From Candidatus Bathyarchaeia archaeon (GTDB lineage: Archaea > Thermoproteota > Bathyarchaeia > Bathyarchaeales > Bathycorpusculaceae), in the NCBI GenBank assembly GCA_037481775.1, contig JBBFKZ010000004.1, positions 1 to 64,000 of the forward strand: a stretch of 64,000 bases of DNA, written 5' to 3'. The position numbers and the translations under genes were made by a program. The notes beneath the pieces are model-generated. The model was given only the letters and a program-made list of their open reading frames with translations, had not been told where the DNA came from and did not search any database. Position 1 is the first letter of the stretch; each line of letters starts with the position of its first letter. Of this stretch, positions 38,908-47,804 are shown piece by piece.

Positions 38908-39000
38908 TACTAAAACCTCGGGAAAATGCGTAAATCTGTTAATAAACCCTTATCCTCGCCGCTTATGTCAAACATGCAAGAACAAGCTTTTTGCAAATTG

Positions 39001-39020
39001 GTATACAAAAGCATCAACAA
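39001..39020 (+). repeat. 20-bp dispersed motif, copy 4
   Basis: GTATACAAAAGCATCAACAA; extends as AACACA.TTCT like copy 1. Confidence 0.9.
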
Positions 39021-39247
39021 AACACATTTCTTTCCACGGCCCTCTTGCAAGCTCCGTCTGCCCTTTTATCGTAATAAGACAACTACGCGTCCAATAAACA
39101 TTCTCGTTCGCTATTTGCAAGTTACCTTGCAACTTTCTGTACCGCATAGCCCTCTGACAGGCGCCTTCGCATCTCGTATCATCAAAACAATGGAGGCATT
39201 CGTGAGTTTTAAATAATTTTGTTGTATTTTTCCATAAATTACATGGT

Positions 39248-39296
39248 TAATTTTAACTTTTTAATGTAAAATGTACCCATTCGACAGTTTTTCGCA
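39248..39296 (-). repeat. 49-bp intergenic repeat, copy B
   Basis: 41/49 identity to 31016-31064 in inverted orientation. Confidence 0.8.
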
Positions 39297-39586
39297 GCTC
39301 AAAAGCAAAAGCAATTCTAAAAAAGCACGTGACAGTTACAACCAAACGTTTAAAATAACCCTTTCAACTCTTGCGGAATAGCCCATGTTCCTTCTATTAA
39401 CCTCCAAAATATCATACCATAAGTGTAATTTCACTCAATTTTTGCCACATTTAACATGTCACAAATTTGCCAAACCACTAACTTGCCCTTTAACTAGGCG
39501 CTGAGCACTCACGTATTTATAAGGTTCGCTCATTTTCGACACGTCCGCAGAGAGACAGCGCCAGTTAGGTGTTTTCTGAACAAGTT

Positions 39587-39606
39587 TTGTCTATGCTTTC
39601 GTATAC
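39587..39606 (-). repeat. 20-bp dispersed motif, copy 5 (17/20)
   Basis: Reverse complement GTATACGAAAGCATAGACAA. Confidence 0.75.
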
Positions 39607-39864
39607 GAGAACAGCACTCAAAAAACACGCGATAAGCAAGTGCTGGTTCTGCAACAGGTTAGTATATAGTTACCTTTGAAGGCAAGCGCTAACATATCCA
39701 GAGAATTTGACAGCGCATTTAAGGCTTTGTAGAAAAGCGAAATCTTGCAAGTTAATTGATATCTTGGCATCGGCGTTATTGATTGTTTACATAAGTCTCT
39801 GGTTGCCTCTGCTTTTTAGGGCTAAGGCAGCTATTGATTTAGAAAAAAAAAGAGTAGTGGTTTG

Positions 39865-41022
39865 CTATCTTTTATGCTTACGGAATAAATAGCCTATAAT
39901 TACTGCGGACCCTGCTATCAGTGCAATAGCGATCGCGAGACCAAGATCTAATACTGGTTGAGAGCTGGTTGGTTGGGTGGGATTGGCGGGATTGGATTGG
40001 GTTGCTGGTTGCTGGTTGGTTGGGTGAGGTGAAGAAGCAGTATTTGGATCGCCATAATAGCCTATGGGTGAAATGAACGCTACTTCGCCGGTGTCAGCCC
40101 AAATTCCTACGTGGAAAGCGGTGACGCCGCCAGAATACATCTTGTCTAAAGGCAACCAAATGTCCCAGTAAGGATAAAGCGTATTGTTTCCACGGTTTTG
40201 CAGGCTTATGTTTGCGATTATAGGGCTGCCTAAAACGTTGACGTTCGAAACTGTTTCGTTGCCCACTTGCCATGAATAAGCCCGTGCATGTTCTATGGCA
40301 ATCTGAATGGCTTCCTGCTCTGAAATTTTCACTTCAGCACTGCCTATTTTGAACATATCTAAGTAATCGCAGAAAAACATCAGGTTTCCATCTTTAAATT
40401 CAAGGGTCAGCTTGTTTTGTGGATTGCTGAGGCCGTTAGCAAAAGGTTCCCAGAAAACTCTTACAACGTTTCCGCTAACAGTTATTTCTTGGGTGAAATC
40501 GCCAACGGTAGTTTTTGAACTCTCCAGTTCAGTGACAGCATCTAGCATGCTTCGCAAAGTTGGCAAATAATCTTTTGCTGAAAACGCTTGAAGACTGTTG
40601 AGAGTATCTTTGGCCACGGTAAGAACGTCAGAAGCCTTGGGTGTGGTAAAAGCAGGCGAGCCTTGAACTGGATAAATAGTGCACCAAAACACTGAATTAT
40701 TTCTAATTAGGCAATCTACATCTACCTTGCTTTCAGCAGATCTAAACTTGAAATAAACGGATTTGTCATAGTTAGGTCCTGGACCCTCTACGATTACTCC
40801 TTCTATATAATAACTTGATATGTTAAGCCTAAAAACGTTTGCCACGAATCTCAAGGAAATGTCTTCTAGAAGTTTATCCTGCTCGGTTAAAGGTGTCGGA
40901 GTTAATAGTGGCATACCTGGCGAGGGCACCCTACCCGCACTCGCTATGCTTGCAAAAGACGCTATCAAAAGCGTCACAAACAAAAGCGTCACAAAGTTTT
41001 TTTCTATTTCACTCATTTGCAT
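39865..41022 (-). CDS. Secreted, C-terminally anchored protein with PepSY-like domain
   Basis: Signal peptide; VKISEQEAIQIA, LYPYWDIWLPLDKMY, IWADTGEV; P/Q/T/S linker, TM helix, RKHKR. Confidence 0.8.
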   Translation of the reverse strand: MQMSEIEKNFVTLLFVTLLIASFASIASAGRVPSPGMPLLTPTPLTEQDKLLEDISLRFVANVFRLNISSYYIEGVIVEGPGPNYDKSVYFKFRSAESKVDVDCLIRNNSVFWCTIYPVQGSPAFTTPKASDVLTVAKDTLNSLQAFSAKDYLPTLRSMLDAVTELESSKTTVGDFTQEITVSGNVVRVFWEPFANGLSNPQNKLTLEFKDGNLMFFCDYLDMFKIGSAEVKISEQEAIQIAIEHARAYSWQVGNETVSNVNVLGSPIIANISLQNRGNNTLYPYWDIWLPLDKMYSGGVTAFHVGIWADTGEVAFISPIGYYGDPNTASSPHPTNQQPATQSNPANPTQPTSSQPVLDLGLAIAIALIAGSAVIIGYLFRKHKR

Positions 41023-41024
41023 TC

Positions 41025-41951
41025 TCACTCCATGTAAAACAAAGTAGGCAAATACGTGTTGAACGGGTTACCGCAAACATTCATCCTTCCCGTCCACCAT
41101 CCAGATTGGTTATAGTATGGAGGGTGATTATAGGGATAGTATGTCCAATAACGTCCACTATCACCCAGTGCTGAACTAGCAAAGTCTTCAAAACCAACTG
41201 CTTGGGAAGCTCGGTTAAGAGCAGCCATCACGGAATAGCCGTTCAAGGCGTAGTAGTAGAAGAAAACAAGCCAGTGTCGAAACAGGTTCCCAGGAGACAT
41301 TTGGTCACATAGCCAAGGAGAAGCGTCATTGAAGCCTACCCAAGTATATGGCGGGTAAGCAGGTGGGTTGCTCCACCAGAGGGGGTTCCATGCGGTGGGT
41401 GACCCTTGAGGTGCATTGTTTCCACCCATGCATACCCACATAAGGACAAATTGATGGGTGGGAGAAAACTGTGTACGCGCTTGAATCTCAGTGAAACTGA
41501 CCAGAGGGGGAAATATGTTTGGATCGTTTGGATAGTCAGTGTGAACATAAAAGCCTTGGGATCCGCCATGTCCAACATAGAGAACAGACGAAAAATCAGA
41601 ATGATACACATTCACGTGCTCGATTCGGGTATACACAGTATACGGCGTTGCGGCCGATCCCCAATTTGTCACTTCACCGTAGGCAGGACCATAATAAACC
41701 CAACATTGATAGATTTCATCCCAGTAATAGGCACCTCCGGTACTTGCGAAGAGGTTTGCGATTTGCGTAAAGGCTGTCCATGTATGCTCAGCATTACCGT
41801 TCCAATCCATCCAATTGGTAGTGTATAGATTGATTGCATAACCGTAATCATTGTCGTACGCTTTTACTGCAGGCATTGTTGCTGTCAAGGCGCTGCATAG
41901 CAGAAGCATCAATAGAATTATGCTGATAGCAACATAATTGTTTTTGCTCAT
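41025..41951 (-). CDS. Secreted protein with clan CD (caspase/gingipain-like) cysteine protease motifs
   Basis: Signal peptide ending AVKA; SVLYVGHG and FVLMWVC strand-His/strand-Cys motifs; C-terminal VCGNP; function inferred. Confidence 0.65.
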   Translation of the reverse strand: MSKNNYVAISIILLMLLLCSALTATMPAVKAYDNDYGYAINLYTTNWMDWNGNAEHTWTAFTQIANLFASTGGAYYWDEIYQCWVYYGPAYGEVTNWGSAATPYTVYTRIEHVNVYHSDFSSVLYVGHGGSQGFYVHTDYPNDPNIFPPLVSFTEIQARTQFSPTHQFVLMWVCMGGNNAPQGSPTAWNPLWWSNPPAYPPYTWVGFNDASPWLCDQMSPGNLFRHWLVFFYYYALNGYSVMAALNRASQAVGFEDFASSALGDSGRYWTYYPYNHPPYYNQSGWWTGRMNVCGNPFNTYLPTLFYME

Positions 41952-42300
41952 TATGTCGCCCTCTTTAGCGGTCTTTTCTACCTGCTAAAAATTTCTTCTG
42001 CATTAAATTATTAAGTACTCGATCCTTAAAAAGTTTACTCAAAAAAAAATTATTGCGACATCTTCTGATGTAAATAAAAGTTACCTTAAGAGGCCCTATT
42101 TAAGGGGATACATAAAGGTGGTATATAAAATAAAAAAATCGCGCACCAGCCCAACGCTCCATGCAAAAGCACAAAAAGCAACAAACCGTAATTAGGAAAA
42201 ACTAAAAGGTCATCAAATTGCTTTTCACGGAGAACCAGCATAGAAAGAGCTCTATTTTTCCATACCCTACCTACATCACAAAAACTGCTCTACACAAGCA

Positions 42301-42927
42301 TCACTTGTGCTTTCTCATTTTAACCATCGCCGTAGCCATCTTCAAATCCACAAGCGTGTTTATGTTAAAAAACGTGTGAAGCTCTGGATCCAACTGTTGA
42401 ATAACTAGTGTTGAAACATAGCGCACGCTGTGAAGCTTTTCAATCATGGCACGCATATGCAATTTGCCTTCTGCCACAGCTGCTTTTGTGGCTTCAAACG
42501 CCATCTTGGTGTGGTAAACTGCGTGTAAGGGTTCTACATTTCCATTAGGCCACCTTGGGATTACCGCAGCCTTACCTGTGCATAGCTCAAAGAGCAGAGA
42601 AATGGTTTCCCGTGACACAAACGGCATATCAAACGGCAAAACCAGCGAATATTGGCCTTTAGCAAGACTAAAGCCGGTTAAAGCGCCGATCAGGGGGCTG
42701 TTCGATTCGCAAATGTCTACAGCAAAATTTACATTCGCGTCAACAAGACCAGCATATTTAGCGGCGCGTTCTTTGGAGCTAGTAACTACAATCGTCTCAT
42801 CAACAAGCGGGCTAACTGCGTCTACAACATGCTTGATCAACGGCTTGCCACTAAGTTCTAAAATGCCTTTATCTTGGCCAAATCTGCTGGAAGCACCGCC
42901 AGCCAGTACCAGCGCTGTTCTATCCAC
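42301..42927 (-). CDS. mobA: Molybdenum cofactor guanylyltransferase
   Basis: LAGGASSRFGQDK, DMPF, EPLHAVY, FFNINT. Confidence 0.92.
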   Translation of the reverse strand: MDRTALVLAGGASSRFGQDKGILELSGKPLIKHVVDAVSPLVDETIVVTSSKERAAKYAGLVDANVNFAVDICESNSPLIGALTGFSLAKGQYSLVLPFDMPFVSRETISLLFELCTGKAAVIPRWPNGNVEPLHAVYHTKMAFEATKAAVAEGKLHMRAMIEKLHSVRYVSTLVIQQLDPELHTFFNINTLVDLKMATAMVKMRKHK

Positions 42928-42993
42928 TGCTTTTTCTCCGCTTACGCAAAATTAAACAGTACGCGCGTGTTCTATAAGCGTTTGCATTAAGGT

Positions 42994-43013
42994 TTGTTGA
43001 TGCTTTTGTATAC
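42994..43013 (-). repeat. 20-bp dispersed motif, copy 6
   Basis: TTGTTGATGCTTTTGTATAC, exact reverse complement. Confidence 0.9.
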
Positions 43014-43036
43014 AGCTTTTAAAAGAAAGGCTGAAG

Positions 43037-43822
43037 TTAGGGATATTTAATGGTATTAGCGTCTATCTTTCTTGCCATTTCGTCTAAGATTTTACTGAAT
43101 GGGTGATCTGGTTTATCTTGCGCAAATATCAAGTTCCCTTCAGCTCTGAGGATTTCGCAGAAGCAGGGCACTACGCCCAGCAAAGGAAATTGATAAACCG
43201 CTTTGACCTTATCATGCATTTCCGCTATCTTTGCCTTCGAAGCAGCGTCGAGTACCTTGTTAATTACCAGCCCTGTTTTCTTTTCGAACAACTCGTAAAT
43301 TTCATGCAACATTCTGCGTGTTCCGTTTACATCAGATCTATCGCCAGTGGTTGCTACGATTACAAAATCCGCCGCTACTATCGCATTTATTGACGAGTAC
43401 TGAAGACCTGGACTTGTATCAAAAATTAGGTAATCAAACGCTTGCTCCTTAATTAGCGTGTTTTTTAAAGACAGCAGCCTACCTAAAGCACGCATTTCCC
43501 ATTTTCTATCCTTCGCGCAAATATCTCTGATTGCTTCGGTTGCAGGATTTGCAAGACCAACAAAAAATTTGTCTTTCGTTTGGAGCCTGCTGCTTAAGTC
43601 TATGAGAACTTTGTTTATTTCGCATAAGCCGTTCAAATAATCGTTTAGCCAATATTCTGTGCTTTCCACTTTGAGTATGGCGAAGAGGCTTGGTGCCCGA
43701 AAGTCCAAGTCAAAGAGGCAAACTTTTTTGCCATGTTTAACTAAGGTAGCTGCCAGATTCACGGAGAGGAGCGTTTTTCCTGTACCGCCTTTATATGAGT
43801 GCACTGCTATAATTTTACTCAT
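43037..43822 (-). CDS. MinD/ParA family ATPase
   Basis: Deviant Walker A KGGTGKT, DLD, DTSPG, VINK; ATG overlaps upstream stop. Confidence 0.9.
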   Translation of the reverse strand: MSKIIAVHSYKGGTGKTLLSVNLAATLVKHGKKVCLFDLDFRAPSLFAILKVESTEYWLNDYLNGLCEINKVLIDLSSRLQTKDKFFVGLANPATEAIRDICAKDRKWEMRALGRLLSLKNTLIKEQAFDYLIFDTSPGLQYSSINAIVAADFVIVATTGDRSDVNGTRRMLHEIYELFEKKTGLVINKVLDAASKAKIAEMHDKVKAVYQFPLLGVVPCFCEILRAEGNLIFAQDKPDHPFSKILDEMARKIDANTIKYP

Positions 43823-44201
43823 CTCTGCTTTCACCCTGATTATCTCGCTCAGTATAGAAGTAAGCTTTTCTTCCTTTCCGTTCTTTTTTGAGATAACCCA
43901 TAATAACAAGTTGATTCAAATATGCGCTTTCTACTGCTCGGGCTCTGTTTGTTTGCTGAGCAACTTCTTCCGCTGTAGCCCGGCCGTATCTGCAAATGGT
44001 CATTGCTGTCTTTCTCAAGTGATCAGGCATTGAAAGCAAAGTCATTACGTCTAATGAGGTGTCTGGTGTAGGTTGAGTTTCTTTCTTGCCGTGCTTTTGC
44101 AGTTCTATCATGACTTCCATTTTTTCATTGAGTTTCTCGAGGTTCTCTTTTATTTTTTCGAGGATCTGTAGCGGTTTTTTGCTCAGTATTTCTTCTTTCA
44201 T
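43815..44201 (-). CDS. Coiled-coil + winged-helix DNA-binding protein
   Basis: N-terminal heptads; ATAEEVAQQTNRARAVESAYLNQLVIMGYL..ERKGRKAYF wHTH. Confidence 0.85.
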   Translation of the reverse strand: MKEEILSKKPLQILEKIKENLEKLNEKMEVMIELQKHGKKETQPTPDTSLDVMTLLSMPDHLRKTAMTICRYGRATAEEVAQQTNRARAVESAYLNQLVIMGYLKKERKGRKAYFYTERDNQGESRDE

Positions 44202-44436
44202 TACGGTTTTATTCCCCGTTTGTTGATCACATCTACAGTGGAGATACGGCTTTATTAAATCTTACGAAACACTGGTAATTATTCATAAAAGTAATGTTCA
44301 CTATTAACACGGCGTCAAACAAACTAACTGAAAATGCAAAAATGGCTAACTCGTCCAGTCCAATCAAATATAGAATAACATAAAAACTACTTACTTCATA
44401 CTACCGAAGGCAAAAAGTTTACCAAAAGATGGAGAT

Positions 44437-44730
44437 TTAGAAAGGAGTTGGCGCTTGGTTTCTAGCTTCCTCTATAATTGGAAACACTTGTTTCAGTTCT
44501 CTGAAGTACTTAAGCACCGTTATGCCTCTTTGAGTGATCGCATAAACCACTCTGCGTTTACCAATAGTCCTCTCTTCCACCAGTCCCTGTTTCATTAGAA
44601 AATCTAAGTATTCCTTCAGCACACTGCAATTGACGTTAGCCTTATACATTACATGCGTTAACTTAAGCGGGCCTCGGTGAGCTAACACCTTTAAGATGTC
44701 AATATACATTTCAAGTTTGGAACGTCTCAT
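44437..44730 (-). CDS. Winged-helix transcriptional regulator
   Basis: RRSKLEMYIDIL..THVMYKANVN..YAITQRG. Confidence 0.88.
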   Translation of the reverse strand: MRRSKLEMYIDILKVLAHRGPLKLTHVMYKANVNCSVLKEYLDFLMKQGLVEERTIGKRRVVYAITQRGITVLKYFRELKQVFPIIEEARNQAPTPF

Positions 44731-44784
44731 ACATAGGCCTCTTTTTTGCCATATTCAGCGTTTTTTATATAAAGCTTTTATGTA

Positions 44785-45000
44785 TCAGTGGTAAGTATTT
44801 TTCTTCATCGCTCTGCCATGCTGTCGCTCTTTTAGGCATGCACAATTTAACACGTTTAATCTATTTTCGAAGGCAGTCACCATGTCATCTATCAATATTT
44901 GTTGCAATTCTGTCGAGAGATTCCTCATTTTTTCGTCGAAAACAGCAGCCATCTTTGTTTCCAACTCTTTTCTATCTTTAAGTGTAATTTGCTGCTTCAC
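44785..45000 (-). CDS. Small hypothetical protein
   Basis: GTG start after GGAGG; helical ORF. Confidence 0.55.
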   Translation of the reverse strand: MKQQITLKDRKELETKMAAVFDEKMRNLSTELQQILIDDMVTAFENRLNVLNCACLKERQHGRAMKKNTYH

Positions 45001-45109
45001 GTATTTTCCTCCAGTATTAACGCACAGAAATAAACGGTGAAAGTATTTAACTAACTTACGACGCAAAAATATAGATTAAAAATTCACGTTTGACTTGATG
45101 CACTTCCGT

Positions 45110-46096
45110 TTATATTGGCGGCTTGGTTATGCTCTTCCCCGTTAAGCCTTCACGCATCCAATTTTCAAACTCTTTTGAAGGAGGAGCATCCCGGTAAAGC
45201 TGTTTCCGGTTGGCTTCTAAAAAGTTGTTTTTTTCGCCAACAAATTCAGCCGCCGTCAGCATCTTGTGCCCTGCGCGAAGTGCTACTTCAAAGACTTGTT
45301 TTGTTTTCTGCTGCCACTGCTCATCTCTCAAAGCGTGATGTTCCAAAATAGTTATCGGTACCGTTTCGGCGACGCTCGCCAAATTTCTAAGCCCCAACCG
45401 TAGTTGGGCTTCGTCAACTTTGAAGCCGCTGAGGTAAAGTGGTGGTCCACCTATCAAAATTACCTGCGGCTTTGCTAACTTGATTAATTCTAAGGTGCGT
45501 GCTGACATTGGACCTTGGATGTCGGGGGCAAACATGAATCGTTCATCTTCATACTCAACGAGTACCATCGTGACCCAGCCCAGCAGGGCATTATCGGGCC
45601 CGTGAGGCACCGCCTCTGAAAAACGCAGCATCGTGCTTCTACCGAAGCTAAATGTCTTATTATCAGCAGGTTCCAGTATCGCCGCGTATTTCCCACCTGT
45701 TTTTTGGAAAAGCCATGCGCGTTGTCTTTGGCTAGCATTTATTTTCTCTTTAGGATTTTTCATCAACACTTTTTTGTCCTGGTAGATTTGCCGTGCCGTC
45801 TCATTTGCATCTGTCCAGTTGACCAGCCAATCCTCATAAGAAGGAGTGTGATGATCAAAATGGTAATGGCTAATTGTAATCACTTCTGCTTTTTCAGCGG
45901 CTTCTGCGATTCGCTTCCGCAGAGTAGCAATTGTTTTAAATTCTATCGGGTGAGGCGGCAAGCCAAAGCGGTATGGACACAGCGAGATGCCCGCATCCAA
46001 CAGAATTCTAACGTCAGGTGTTTCAACAAATGTGCACATTGATCGAACACCGAAGCTTTCAGCAGCCAGCGGCGTTATCTTGATCTTCTTCAGCAT
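45110..46096 (-). CDS. Metallo-beta-lactamase-fold hydrolase (UPF0282-like)
   Basis: AAESFGVRSM, SHYHFDH, VPHG, DIQGP, EHHALRD. Confidence 0.85.
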   Translation of the reverse strand: MLKKIKITPLAAESFGVRSMCTFVETPDVRILLDAGISLCPYRFGLPPHPIEFKTIATLRKRIAEAAEKAEVITISHYHFDHHTPSYEDWLVNWTDANETARQIYQDKKVLMKNPKEKINASQRQRAWLFQKTGGKYAAILEPADNKTFSFGRSTMLRFSEAVPHGPDNALLGWVTMVLVEYEDERFMFAPDIQGPMSARTLELIKLAKPQVILIGGPPLYLSGFKVDEAQLRLGLRNLASVAETVPITILEHHALRDEQWQQKTKQVFEVALRAGHKMLTAAEFVGEKNNFLEANRKQLYRDAPPSKEFENWMREGLTGKSITKPPI

Positions 46097-46241
46097 AGGT
46101 ACGCCTCAGTTTTAGACAATAATCCATATTGGTTCATGATATGTCAACAACGGCTAAAACAGCGCTGACAAGTAAAAATGTTCCGCCACTTGGAAAATTT
46201 TACCTTAAAGCTTTAATTGTAGAATAAGCAAAATTTTGTTT

Positions 46242-46314
46242 GGTGGGCAATGACGACTCTGGCCCCGAAGACGTTGAGGATGATTTGGATCTTGAGTGCG
46301 GGAGCCTGCCTATC
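46242..46314 (+). ncRNA. Candidate box C/D-like small RNA
   Basis: Terminal stem GGTGGGCA/TGCCTATC, C-like ATGACGA, D'-like TTGA, C'-like ATGATT; no canonical terminal CTGA. Confidence 0.4.
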
Positions 46315-46345
46315 AACCTGCCTATCAAGTAAGTGAAAATATTGC

Positions 46346-46939
46346 TTAGAGATTGCCCATTTTTTCATTTTCAGGCTTTTCCCACAGTTCAAGTTTTTGC
46401 TTCTTCAGCTCACCACGCTTCCGTTGCAAATATTTGTAAACGGTGTGGTGTTGGCACCCGTCGATAAGCATTTGCACCGCGTTTCTTGCAGCGTCCACCT
46501 GCTCAAAGGTGCCGATGAAGCCTACTGTGTGGCCATAAACAACTACGCTGGCATCAGTCAACTCTTCGATGGCTCTGCGTGTTTTGCCTTCTGCGCCGAT
46601 GATGCGCCCTTTCACACGTTTAAGGTCAGATTCTGACCTGCCGAAGATGGCACGCAGATCTATGAAGTCAAAAATGTCGTCAGTATTGTTAAGCAGACGA
46701 AACGCGTGTTCCGGTGAGAACCCTCTGCCGATGGCGGTTACCACATCTTTGGCTCTGAGCAGCAAGGATGGATCAGCGGCTTTCTCTGAAAGTGTTATGG
46801 TTACTCCGCCATATTCGCTTTCAATTTGAAGCTCAACCATAAGCTTTTCTTCAATTTCGCGTTTCACTTTCCCGTCTGGACCTACTAAAACTCCGATTCG
46901 CTCTTTGGGAATTCTGACAAATGCACTGGGCTTTGACAT
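46346..46939 (-). CDS. KH-domain ribosome biogenesis protein Dim2/Pno1
   Basis: RIGVLVG, AIGRGFSPE, GRIIG..GKTR; operon with rio1. Confidence 0.92.
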   Translation of the reverse strand: MSKPSAFVRIPKERIGVLVGPDGKVKREIEEKLMVELQIESEYGGVTITLSEKAADPSLLLRAKDVVTAIGRGFSPEHAFRLLNNTDDIFDFIDLRAIFGRSESDLKRVKGRIIGAEGKTRRAIEELTDASVVVYGHTVGFIGTFEQVDAARNAVQMLIDGCQHHTVYKYLQRKRGELKKQKLELWEKPENEKMGNL

Positions 46940-46941
46940 TC

Positions 46942-47724
46942 TTAACCCACAACCTGCTTGTAAATTTCATCGGTTGAAAGAACGCTAACGCCTAACTTAC
47001 TAAAGAACCTATTTATGTTCGCCAAGTCTCGTTGTAGGAAAAATTGGGCCATAGGATGGGATATTGGCACAGCCTGCGCCATATCAAAAAGCACGGGCTT
47101 GCCTTTCCACATCATTATGTTGTACTCGCTTAGGTCGCCGTGCACGAGCTCCGCTTTACCATAAAGCCTCTTCAAATAAGTCAGCAAAAGCCTATAGGCT
47201 CTTTCAGGGTTGCTTGGCGGTTGCTCTTTAAGAGATGGCGCGTTAACACCATTTTTTCCGATAAACTCCATCACTAACACGTTATTTTTAACTGCGATGG
47301 GTCTTGGCACACGCACTTTTGCTTGGTACGCTTGTTCCAAATTTCTGAATTCCTTTTGTGCCCACGCAAAAATCAGCGACCGTGTGTCCCTTTTGACGTT
47401 CTTAAATCGGTAGTCACCTTCAATATACTTCAGCATACCTTTGCGGAACTCCGCAGAAGTTGTTAAATATATTTTTAAGGCCAAGTCTTTGCCGTTCTTG
47501 TCTTTACCCAAGTAGACACGGGCTTCTTTCCCCGCGTTCACTACGCCGTGGACTTCGTAGAGCACGCCGCTATTCAAAAAATCATAAATAATCATGAGTG
47601 TTGCTTGGTCAAAAACTTCTTCGAGTGTAGCTCGCTCTGACGAGAAATCATGCTCAAGCATACGGTCTCTTTTTTCAATGAGCCGCTCCTTATATGCGAG
47701 TTTTTCATGAATTTTTTTAGTCAT
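46942..47724 (-). CDS. rio1: RIO1 family kinase/ATPase
   Basis: GKEARVY, WAQKEFRNL, VHGDLSEYNI. Confidence 0.95.
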   Translation of the reverse strand: MTKKIHEKLAYKERLIEKRDRMLEHDFSSERATLEEVFDQATLMIIYDFLNSGVLYEVHGVVNAGKEARVYLGKDKNGKDLALKIYLTTSAEFRKGMLKYIEGDYRFKNVKRDTRSLIFAWAQKEFRNLEQAYQAKVRVPRPIAVKNNVLVMEFIGKNGVNAPSLKEQPPSNPERAYRLLLTYLKRLYGKAELVHGDLSEYNIMMWKGKPVLFDMAQAVPISHPMAQFFLQRDLANINRFFSKLGVSVLSTDEIYKQVVG

Positions 47725-47804
47725 AAACGCTCAAAGAAATATGCGTTGCGTGGTATTTAAAGCGCTTGAGCAAAAAATTGGCTGCGCTGTAAGGCTGGTG
47801 AGGG

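Noticed and set aside
39228-39262. dif/Xer site
   Set aside because: Has a 6-bp spacer with short inverted arms, but the inner arm bases are TTA/TAA rather than the TAA/TTA of dif sites
29482-43013. 20-bp motif copies as a CRISPR array
   Set aside because: Copies are 0.6-4 kb apart in both orientations; no spacer periodicity and no cas genes
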